A stretch of DNA of 64,000 nucleotides from Sminthopsis crassicaudata (taxonomy: Eukaryota). This document shows, piece after piece, positions 10,165 through 20,979 of the stretch. The stretch's first letter is position 1. Every line of letters starts with the position of its first letter. The stretch is taken from positions 5,766,001 to 5,830,000 of the forward strand of contig NC_133622.1 of NCBI RefSeq assembly GCF_048593235.1. The letters are read 5' to 3'. Below the pieces are notes generated by a model. It had not been told where the DNA came from and searched no databases. It saw only the letters and a list, made by a program, of their open reading frames with translations. The position numbers and the translations under genes were made by a program.

Positions 10165-13100
10165 AGGAGGGCAGGACCCATACAGGGACGGAGCAGACGC
10201 GCCTTTCTGTGACCTCCTCTGACCTTCTCTCAAACCAATGCAGGTTAAGCCTCTAAACTGGTCCTGGAGTCCCAGAACCCACAAGAACCCACAACACATT
10301 TCTGGAAGTTACCTGGGAAGAACTTGAGAACTACTCTGTTTCAGTCCAGCAGGGGGACAGTCTGTGAGCCCAGAGCGCAGCACAGGGAGCCAGGCAAGGA
10401 GCTGGGGCAGGAGTCAGAGCCTTGTGGCCTCCAGGCCCCTGGGAGTCTTAGGCCGCTCTGTCCTGGTTGCAAACAGGTAGTTTGGTAGATTTGCTCCTAA
10501 AGTTTGCAAATTGTAAACCACTGAGTCCTGGAAGAACCACGATTACTCAGCACCAGAAATCAATCAGCAGAACTGCCCCAGGGCAAATTAAAGCAGCCCT
10601 TGCTCTTTTGCTTTGAACAGGCTTTAAGCCTTTAAAAAAAAAAAAAAAAAAAAAAAGAATAAAAAGCCAAAAAGAACTCTCACCATAGACATCTTTTATG
10701 GAGAGAGAGAGAGGAACAGACCTCAAATCCTGAAGTTTCTAAAGCAACTCCAGATAGAGCTGTGAGCTGGTCCCCATTACACAAGGCTTTTTTGGAAGAT
10801 TGCATAAAGAATCTTAAAAGAGAGCCAGAAGAAAAATGGAGAAATGAAATGAGATGAATGCAAGAAGGAATGGAAAAAGCATATAATACCCTACAAAAGA
10901 GATATGAAAAAGACACCAATTTTGAAAAACAAAATTTGTGAAATGGAAAAAGAAGGCAATGAACAAAACAATTCAATTGGGCTAATTACAAAAGGAGCTA
11001 AAAAAGGTAATTGAATAAAATATTATGGTAAAAATTAGAATTGAACAAATGGAAGTGAATTTCTCAATAAGATTTCAAGAACCAAATAAAAACAAAAAAA
11101 ATGAAATATGAAATATCTCCTTAAAAAAAACTGACCTGGAAAATAGATCTAGGACAGATGATCTAAGGATTACTGGACTTCCTGAAAGCCATGATGAAAA
11201 AAAGAACCTAGACATTATTTTACAGGAAATCATAAAAGTGCCCTGATATTTTAATATCAGAAGGTAAACTCAGAAAGAATTCATCAATCACCTCCTGAAA
11301 GATCCCAAAATTAAATTCCCAAGGAATATCATTTCGGAACTATCAAGCCAAGGAAAAGATATTACAAGCAGCCAGGAAGAAAAAATTTAAATACTGAGGA
11401 ACCACAATTCGGATTACCCAAGACCTAGCAGCTTCTACAATAAAGGATCAAAGGGCCTGGAATCAGATATTCCAAAGGATGAAACAACAAATTTCATCCA
11501 AAAGAATGACAATAATAAGATAATATACCAAAATTTGTGGGATGAAGCCAAAGCAGTTATAAAGGGAAATTTTATATCTCTAGATGCTTACTTACATAAA
11601 ATAGGAAAAGAGAAGATCAATGAATTGAGCTTACAACTAAAAAAGCTAGAAAAAGAACAAATTAAAAATTCCTGATTAAATACCAAATTTGAAATTCTGA
11701 AAATAAAAGGGAAGATTAATAAAATTGAAAATAAGAACATTATTGAATTAATAAATAAAATTGAGTTGTTTTTATGAAAAAAACAACAAAATAGACAAAT
11801 CTTTAATTAATTTGATTAGAAAAAGGAAAAAAGAAAATCAAATTGTTAGTTTCAAAAATGAAAAGGGAGAACTTTCCACCAATGAAAAGGAAATTACAGC
11901 AATAATTTGGAGTTACTTTGACCAACTATAAGCCAACAAATTTGATAATCTAAATGAAATAGAGGAATATCTAAAAATATATAGATTTCCCAGGTTAACA
12001 AAAGACAAAATAAATTATTTAAATAGTCTCATTTTAGAAAAAGAAACAGAACAAGCTATTAATCAGTTCCCTAAGAAAAAAATCCCCAGGACCAGATGGC
12101 TTTACATGTGAATTCTACCAAACATTCAAAGAATAATTCCAATATTGTATAAACTATTTGAAAAAATAGGGAAAGAAGGGGTCCTACCAAATTCCTTTTA
12201 TGACACAGATATAGTGCTGATAGCTAAACCAGGTATGGTGAAAACAGAGAAAGAAAATTGTAGACCAATCTCCCTAATGAATATAAATAAAATATTAGCA
12301 AAGAGATTACAGAAAATCATCCCCAGGATAATACACTATGACCAAGTAGGATTTAAACCAGGAATGCAGGGCTGGTTCAATATTAGGAAAACTATCAGCA
12401 TAATCAACTATATCAATAACCAAACTAACAAATCATATGATTATCTCAATAGATTCAGAAAAAGCATTTGATAAAATCCCACAATCATTCCTATTAAATA
12501 TACTAGAGAATATAGTGATAAATGGACTTTTCCTTAAAATGATCAGTAGCATCTATTTAAACCATCAACAAGTATCATATGTAACGGGGACAAACTAGAA
12601 CCATTCTCAATAAGATCAGGAGTGAAACAAGGCTGCCTACTATCACCATTACTATTAAATATTGTATTAGAAATGTTAGCTTTGGCAATAAGAGAAGAAA
12701 TTAAAGAAATTAAGAGTAGGTAATGAGGAAACCAAATTATCACTCTTTGCAGATGATATGATGGTATACTTAGAGAACCCCAGAGAATCACCTAAAAAGC
12801 TATTAGAATTCATCTACAACTTTAGCAAAGTTTCTGGATACAAAATAAACCAACATAAGTCATCAGCATTCTTATATATCACTTACAAAATCCAACAGCA
12901 AGAAATACAAAGAAAAATCCCATTTAAAACAACTGTTGATAGGATAAAATATCTGGGAATCTATCTGCCAAGGGAAAGTCAGGAACTATATAAGCAAAAC
13001 TACAAAATACTTTCCACACAAATAAAGTCAGATCTAAGCAATTTGAAAAATATCAAGTGCTTTTGGATAGGTCCAGCGAATATGATAAAGATGATAATAC

Positions 13101-13903
13101 TACCAAAACTAATCTATTTATTTAGTGTTATGCCAATCAAACTCCCAAGAAATTAATTTACTGACCTAGAAAAAATAACAAAATTCATCTGGAAAAACAA
13201 AAGGACAAGAATTTCAAGAGAATTAATGAAAAAAAAAAAAGCAAATGAAGGTGGCCTAGGTACTTTAATCTAAAACTATATTATAAAGCAGCGGTCATCA
13301 AAAACATTTGGTACTGGCTAAGAAGTAGAGCAGTTGATAAGTGGAAAAGGTTAGATTCACAGGACAAAATAGTCAAAGACTATAATAATCTGGTGTTTGA
13401 CAGACCCAAAGACCCCAGTTTTTGGGATAAGAATGCACTATTTGACAAAAACTGCTGGGAAAATTGGAAACTAGTATGTATGTCAGAAACTAGGCACTGA
13501 CCCACACCTAACACCATATACCAAAAAAAGGTCAAAACAGATTCATGATCTGGACATAAAGAATGAGATTATAAACAAATCAGAATAACATAGGATAGTT
13601 GCCTCTCAGTTCTGTGGAGGAGGAAGGAATTTATGACCAAAGAAGAACTAGATATCAACTGATATTGAACTGATCAAAAATAAATAATTTTGATTATATT
13701 ACGTTAAAAAGGTTTTGTACAAACAAAACTAATGCAAGATTAGAAGGGAAGCAATAAACAGGGAAAATATTTTTATAGTCAAAAATTCAGATAAAGTCCT
13801 CATTTCTAAAATACATAGAGAATTGACTATAAGAAATCAAGCCATTCTCAAATTAAGTGGTCAAAGGATATGAACAGATAATTTTAGATCAAGAAATTGA
13901 AAC
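10165..13903 (+). mobile_element. Decayed LINE-1: 5' UTR and ORF1 remnant (to about 11478) joined to ORF2; 5' part of the host of a nested insertion
   Basis: An ORF1-like start (KRTLTIDIFYGERE) follows the poly(A) at about 10635. ORF2 RT motifs [36 protein letters not shown] (about 12743-12772) and IKYLGI are present with frameshifts and stops. Confidence 0.92.
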
Positions 13904-14952
13904 AAAATATACAGAGAATTGACTTTAATTTATAAGAAATCAAGCCATTCTCCAATTGATAAATGGTCAAAGGATATGAACAGACAATTTTCAGATGATG
14001 AAATTAAAACTATTTCCACTCATATGAAAGAGTGTTCCAAATCACTATTGATCAGAGAAATGCAAATTAAGACAACTCTGAGGTATCATTACATACCTGT
14101 CAGATTGGCTAAGATGAGAGGAACAAATAATGATGAATGTTGGAGGGGCTGTGGGAAAACTGGGACACTGATGCATTGTTGGTGGAGTTGTGAAAGAATC
14201 CAACCATTCTGGAGAGCAATTTGGAACTATGCCCAAAAAGTTATCAAAATGTGCATACCCTTTGACCCAGCCATACTACTACTGGGCTTATACCCCAAGG
14301 AAATACTAAAGGGAAAGGGACCTGTATGTGCCAAAATGTTTGTGGCAGCCCTTTTCGTAGTGGCTAGAAGCTGGAAAATGAATGGATGTCCATCAATTGG
14401 AGAATGGTTGGGTAAATTATGGTATATGAATGTTATGGAATATTATTGTTCTATAAGAAATGACCAACAGGAGAAATACAGAGAGGCTTGGAGAGACTTA
14501 CATCAACTGATGCTGAGTGAAACGAGCAGAACCAGAAGATCATTATACACTTCAACAATGATACTGTACGAGGATGTATGCTGATGGAAGTGGATTTCTT
14601 CAACATAGAGAAGAGCTAATCCAATTCCAATTGATTAATGATGGACAGAACCAGCTACATCCAGAAAAGGAACACTGGGAAATGAATGTAAACTGTTATT
14701 TTTACCTTCTGAATCCAATTCTTCCTGTGCAACAAAAAATTCGGTTCTACACACATATATTGTATCTAGAATATACTGTAATATATTTAACATATATAAG
14801 ACTGCCTGCCATCTGGGGGAGGGGGTTGGGGGAGGAAGGGAAAAAATCTGAATAGAAGTAAGTGCAAGGGATAATGTTGTAAAAAATTACCCATGCATAT
14901 GTACTGTCAAAAAAATGTTATAATTATAAAATAAAATAAAAATTAAAAAAAA
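13904..14952 (+). mobile_element. Younger 5'-truncated L1 nested in the older L1, with 13-bp TSD AAGAAATTGAAAC (13891-13903 / 14953-14965)
   Basis: It holds an uninterrupted 221-codon ORF2 C-terminus (13919-14584, CWRGCGKTGTLMHCWWSC knuckle), a 3' UTR with a G-rich tract and an A-rich tail. The older copy resumes exactly after the second TSD. Confidence 0.88.
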
Positions 14953-14965
14953 AAGAAATTGAAAC

Positions 14966-16005
14966 TATTTCTAGTCATATGAAAAGGAGTCCAAAATCAC
15001 TATTGATCAGAGAAAGGCAAATTAAGACAACTCTGACATACAACTACACACCTGTCAGATTGACTAGGATGACAGGAAAAGATAATGATGAATGTTGGAG
15101 GGGATGTGGGAAAACTAGGACACTGATGGTGGAGTTGTGAACAAATCCAACCATTCTGGAGAGAGATTTGGAACTATGCTCAAAAAGTTATCAAACTGTG
15201 CATACCTTTTGACCCAGCAATATTTCTACTGGACTTATATCCCAAAGAGATACAAAAAAGAGAAAGGGACCTGGATGTGCAAGAATGTTTGTGGCAGCCC
15301 TTTTTGTAGTGGCCAGAAACTGGAAATTGAATGGATGCCCATCCACTGGAGAATTAGCTGAATAAGTTATGGGATATGAATGTTATGGAATATTATTGTT
15401 CTATAAGAAACAATCAACAGGATGATTTCAGAGAGGTCTAGAGAGACTTAAATGAACTGATGCTGAGTGAAATGAGCAGAATCAGGAGATCATTATACAC
15501 TGCAACAAGACTATACAATGATCAATTCTGATGGACATGGCTCTCTTCAACAATGAATTGATTCAGACCTGTTCCAATTCTTCATGATGAAGAGAGCCAC
15601 CTGCACCCAGAGAGGGGATTGTAGGAACTGAGTATGGATCACAACATAACATTTTCACTCTTTCTGTTCATGTTTGCTTGCATTTTGTTTTTTTTTTTTT
15701 TCTCAGGTTTTTTCCCTTCTTTACCCGATTTTCCTTGTGCGGTAAGTTAACTAAATAAATATGTATATAGGTAGATAGATAGATAGATAGAGATATTGGA
15801 TTTAATATATATTTTAACATATTTAACATGTATTAGACTACCTGCCATCTAGGGGAGGGAGTGGGGGGAAGGAAGGAAAATTTTGAACAGAAAGTTTTGC
15901 AAGGGTGTATGTTGAAAAATTACCCATGTATATGTTTTGTCAATAAAAAGCTTTAATAAAATTTTTAAAAATAAAAAAAAAGATGTATTTAAAAAATAAA
16001 GAAAA
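14966..16005 (+). mobile_element. 3' remainder of the older L1 (ORF2 end, 3' UTR, A-rich tail)
   Basis: It continues the ORF2 sequence interrupted at 13903, has the same C-terminal motifs in decayed form, and ends in AATAAA and A-rich sequence. Confidence 0.88.
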
Positions 16006-16723
16006 GAAAGGTCTCCCAATGCACAAAAAAAATTGTGCAGACTATCCTGTCCTCAGGAAGTTTGTGCACTGTGTGGGGAGACAAGCTTCTTACTCATTGA
16101 AGACAGAAAACACCAGGTGAGAGCCATAAGCAACTTTAGAAATTATAACAGCATTAATAACGATACAACTAAGGACTGCAAAACCTTTCACAAGGACTGT
16201 CCCATTTAAGCCCGGCCATCAGCATTGTCTTCCAGGAAACAGAAGCCCCGGGACAAGATCTTCTCCAATAGAGCAAATTACCAGCAGAATGAGAACCAGA
16301 CATCAGGTCTCTTGATGTGTCAAGAGCTTTTTTTTTTTTTTTTTTTTTACAAGTCTATATAGTTTACAATCTCAATCTCAGTTCTCAATATTAGTTTCCT
16401 AAATACACAGAATAAACACTTTTTGAGGTATGGATCCTTCAAAGGAGCCCTGGGAAAGAAGAGTTTGCAGAGACAGACGCTTTCATTTAAAGACAAACAG
16501 GTAAAGAGTTGGAGCAATCTGAATGTGAGAAATCTTTTTCTCTTCCGAATAAACTGTTCCATCCCTGAGCCTTGACTCCTAGGAGTCCCAGTAGCATCAT
16601 TAGATCCCGGCTGGGGGTCCAGTCTTGGGCAAGGGCCCCGGACCAAACTGGTGCCATGGGCTTCACACTGCGGCCAAGGGCCACTGCTGGGTCCGGCCCC
16701 AAAAGCCTTCCTCCTTTCGCCAG

Positions 16724-16758
16724 GTCTCTGGCCCTCACGCCTGGCTCAAAGCCTCCAG
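16724..16758 (+). other. Candidate 35-nt internal exon of the CpG-island transcript
   Basis: ccttcctcctttcgccag|GTCTCTGGCCCTCACGCCTGGCTCAAAGCCTCCAG|gtgagc has a consensus acceptor and donor. There is no expression evidence. Confidence 0.35.
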
Positions 16759-17289
16759 GTGAGCACGGTTTTCCCTCGGCGCTTTCACATTCACAGAGAC
16801 CACTAAGTGGATGTCCAGGCGCCGGCCCTGGGCTACTGCTCTGGACAAAGGTCATGGCCTATGTGTGGGGACCCGGTCAGCAGTCACATCTGGACAACAA
16901 AACTGGCTTTCTGTCCCATGGCGTGAGCTGGTAGCAACAAACCCCACGCACCAGAAAGCACACAAATGGGCCCCTGCAGAAAGAGCCCCAAGGGGAAGGC
17001 CGAGCTTACTGCGGCTCCCCGCTACCAGTGGCTCCGGGCCCACCTAACCTCAGCACCGGGTGGGCAGGTACCAGGGCAGTCTGTCCCAGGGAGATCGCTG
17101 ATGCATCTGCACAGCTTTGAAGCTCAGGAGTCACACGCTGTTCAATGCCATCCCTAGAGAGTCATCGCCTAAGATCAGGAAAGCATCGAGACCAAAGGAA
17201 AAAGGAAGAAACGGGGGCCGTGTGTCTACAGACACATGACAGCATGTCAGAGAGAGAAGGAAGCAGACCCAAGCTCCTGGTCTCTCTGT

Positions 17290-17880
17290 AACCTTTCCAC
17301 TGCCAATTATGAAGTCTTCCTGGGTATTCTCTCCTCCCGACGTTTCCCGAGGCTCACCTCACAACTCCTCTGGTCTCAACTGTCTGCTCCATACAGGTAA
17401 TTCCCAGATCTCCACATACAGCCAGAATCCTTTTCCTAAGCTCCAGCCCTCTCTGGCCTTTGGTCTTTTAGACCAACTGTCTTTTGTCTGTTTCCCATAG
17501 AATCCACCATTCACCAAACCAGAACTCAAACCTTCCTGTCTTGCACATTATTTTTCAGGTCACCCTCATCCTCCAATCACCCAAGCTTACAACTCTAGGA
17601 TCATCCTTAAATATTCACCCTAGTTCACTCTAGGTAGAGCCAAATCCTGTCATTTCTGCTTTGATAACATCTCTTATCTACATCCCTTTCTCTTCACTGC
17701 CACCGTCATTGCCCTGGTGGAGACCCTCACCGTCTCTCACCTGGACTGCTTTCCAGCTATTATTCCCCCTGCTTCCATGTGTCCCCACTTTAACTCATCA
17801 TTCAGCTGCCAGAATAGTCTGTCGGACCATGCCACCCCCATAATCGGTACATTTCAATGACTCTCCAGACTCTCTAGTGT
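17290..17880 (+). mobile_element. L2 fragment
   Basis: Motifs include cccagatctccacatacagcc, ccaaatcctgtcatttctgc and cacctggactgc. Confidence 0.65.
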
Positions 17881-18324
17881 TGAGGAAATTGGAAAGGCCG
17901 TGAGGTTTCAGGGCACAACAGAATCTATATCAATGGTCCAGATAACGACAAAAACCAGTAATGGGGGAGGAAAGTCAGGCACCATTCCCCACCTTCCCGT
18001 CTCTTCTCTCCATCACGGCAGTGACTCAAGCACCTGTGTCTCTCTTTATGGAAGTAGGATCAATCAAATAAGAAAGAAGGGAAGAATTGTGCAAGGTGTA
18101 AGGAGTGAGAACTTAAGGCAGCATTGCACCCCTTGTCCTAAATTAAAGCATAAAATTCTTTACTACAGCTTTAATTCTATCTGTCTCTCCATTCATCAAG
18201 TCAACAACTATCTATTAAGCACTTAAAATGTACCAGGAACTACATAAGGAGTAAGGACATGTATCTGTATCTCTAGAACCTTGCGCAGCATCTGACCCGG
18301 TGGGCCTTAATTAAATTCTTTGTG

Positions 18325-18545
18325 CACATGACAAATATGGAAGTATGTCTAAAAGGATATATTAAACCTAGACCAGATTGCTTGCTGTCCCGGGGAGGGG
18401 GGAGGTGAGGAAGGGAGGGAGAACTATGTAGAACACAAAGTCGTTCAAAAATCAATGTTGAAAACTATCTTTACATTTGTTTGGAAAAATAAAATACTGT
18501 ATAAAAAGAAAATTAAAAAAAATAAAATGAGTTAAGAAAAAAAAA
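18325..18545 (+). mobile_element. Short L1 3'-end fragment
   Basis: A G-rich tract and aatgttgaaaactatctttacat followed by an A-rich tail, typical of marsupial L1 ends. Confidence 0.6.
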
Positions 18546-19089
18546 TTTTTTTGTGATTGATTCCTTAGACTTGTAGAGTACTTTACTATCTTGTGATATG
18601 TACTTTTTTAAACTAACACAATGGAAACACGAATTCGACTTATACTTCTCAATGTATGTGATCAAACTATATTAATCAAAGCATGCAAATAATACCTCTA
18701 AAACATCTCACCGGTGCTTCCGAGCTCGGTTTATTTCTCATCTTGACCAGCTGGAAACTGTGACTATCATAGAACCAGCCCAGATTTGCTCGAGTCTCCA
18801 GGCCGGAGAACGTAAGAGCCGGCCCTAGTCATCCTGGCTGTGATTTAGGAGCACGCCGATGGCTGGGCTCTCTAAAGGGTTTTTTATACTTTTAGTTACA
18901 GATATTGCTGATTATCATATAATTTGATTAGTATTTTTACTGATAAAACTGTTGGTAACATATTTCATTTGTGGCTCATGTTATCAGAATCTGTATATAA
19001 TAAGAATAGACCCATGTTCACCCATTCAACATAAAGCACTTCTTCATTTAAAAATCACTTACTCAAAGCAGCTCAATCACAAAGTCACT

Positions 19090-19310
19090 TCACTCGATTT
19101 TCAGTCAAGTCCAACCCTTCCTGACCCCATGGGGGTTTTCTTGGCCGAGACACTGGAGTGGTTTGCCATTTCCCTCTCCCGCCCATTTTGCAGATGAGGA
19201 AACTGAGACAAACAGAGTCATACAGCTAGTAAATGTCTAAGGTAATGTTTGAGCTCAGGCTCTCCTAAGTCCACACGGGTCCCTCTATCCTCTGCACCCT
19301 CTAGCTGCCC
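19090..19310 (-). mobile_element. MAR1-type CORE-SINE
   Basis: RTE-like tail ggggttttcttggccgagacactggagtggtttgccatttcc plus core cagatgaggaaactgag. Confidence 0.75.
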
Positions 19311-19674
19311 TTCAATGGACAGACAGTGGAATGAGCTATTTGGTCGACAGACTAACTTATTAAAATAATAAAACTTATTTTCACTTCTCAATTATATTCA
19401 TTTTTGAGGTCACAGAACTTGTTCCTTTTCATTACCAGTTATTCTACACCAACAAACTCCTTATTAGGGTACTAGATACTGCTCAGACATAACAAGCCTC
19501 TCCCATCTCATCGGGGTCGCGCCCTCATCCCAGAGGATGGAGATCTGTAGACGGGAGGCACATTCTACCTGTGCGTTGTAAAGATGAGGCCCCGGGAGCT
19601 CCAGCCGTCATGCAGGTAATGAGCGCAGGAAGTGGGATTTGAACCCAAACCCAGCAATGTTCTTTCTGATTTAG

Positions 19675-19975
19675 GTGAAATCGGGCTGGACCGCCCCATC
19701 CCCTTCTCGGGCCGCGATGCTCCTGCACCTGACTCTGACTCCCAGGAGGGGACCCCTCATCCCACTCAAGGATTTCATGCTCGACACCAGCCGTGTGAAG
19801 CCCGCCCCGCTGGGAGCCCTACCATGGGCCCTCCTTCCCTCCACGTGGACCGTGCCCCTTGGCATCCGCACAGCTCCCCCAGATCAAAGCCGGCACCCAG
19901 CAAGGAAGCTCGGAGCCGAAGGCGGCCACAGGATCGAATTTCCTAAAAGTATTAAATTTATGTCTTTTTTCCCCT
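19675..19975 (+). other. Candidate terminal exon of the CpG-island transcript (end approximate)
   Basis: Acceptor ttctttctgatttag|G, then a CpG-rich open frame to TAA at 19944-19946 and ATTAAA at 19951-19956 followed by a U-rich tract. Confidence 0.35.
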
Positions 19976-20510
19976 AAGAGCGTCACGGGAGGGGCCTTGG
20001 CGGTTGTGGCTCCCTCATCTTGAAATAGATACAAAGTCATTTCCTCCGTTTCTGGTTGTCAGCCTGGCTCCCATGGTTCCCCCAGGAGCTGGCAGAATTT
20101 CAATGACTCTAAAATTAATTCGGAGGGCAAGAGTTTTAGAAGGGCCTAAAATTTCCAGGGCTTTGCTGTGGTCTCAAGGTCAGGGCACGGGATGAGAGGT
20201 CAGAAGACCAGAGGGAGCTCCTGGCCCGCCGTTGTTCGCCCGGTCAGGAGCTGTCTATAGGAAAGCAAAGGTGCTCACCGGCCGTTACCCTAAACAAGAG
20301 CGGCAGGAAGGGAAAATAAAATAAATGAGCGAATTTGTCATAAGCCCAGCTGAGCTTCTAGAGAGACAAAGGGGATGGCCGCCTTTACAGGGATTTTAGA
20401 CATGGAGAAGACATTCTACACTCTCTTTCTCATCTTTCTATCTTTCTGTGTCTCTTGTTCTCTGTCTATCTCTCCTTCTCTTTCTCTTTTTCTCTCATTC
20501 TCTTGCTGTC

Positions 20511-20688
20511 NNNNNNNNNNNNNNNNNNNNNNNNNNNNNNNNNNNNNNNNNNNNNNNNNNNNNNNNNNNNNNNNNNNNNNNNNNNNNNNNNNNNNNNNNN
20601 NNNNNNNNNNNNNNNNNNNNNNNNNNNNNNNNNNNNNNNNNNNNNNNNNNNNNNNNNNNNNNNNNNNNNNNNNNNNNNNNNNNNNNNN
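20511..20688. other. Assembly gap (N run)
   Basis: 178 N. Confidence 1.
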
Positions 20689-20979
20689 CCTGGGCATCCT
20701 CTTGCGGTCCCCTCCGAAGTCGTTTCCATTCACCCTCTGCTCTGAGAGCCAGCTTCCACCCCAGCAGAAGGCCGGAGGGCTGGGTGGGGTTCCAGGTCCG
20801 GCACCCCCTGGGACACCTTGTCCAGCTCTGGCACTTGCTCTTGAAGGGACCTCTAGCTCCCTTTCCATTCTGAGCTCCAAGACGCTGTCACTGTCTAACT
20901 AGACAACATCAGACAATTCAATTCAGGCTAACACTCAATTTTGCTGTGCCGAGAACCAGGCAGGGCAGCCTACTGCTTA

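Noticed and set aside
10165-16005. Possibility of an active full-length L1
   Set aside because: The endonuclease region is missing, ORF1 and ORF2 carry many stops and frameshifts, and a nested insertion interrupts ORF2.
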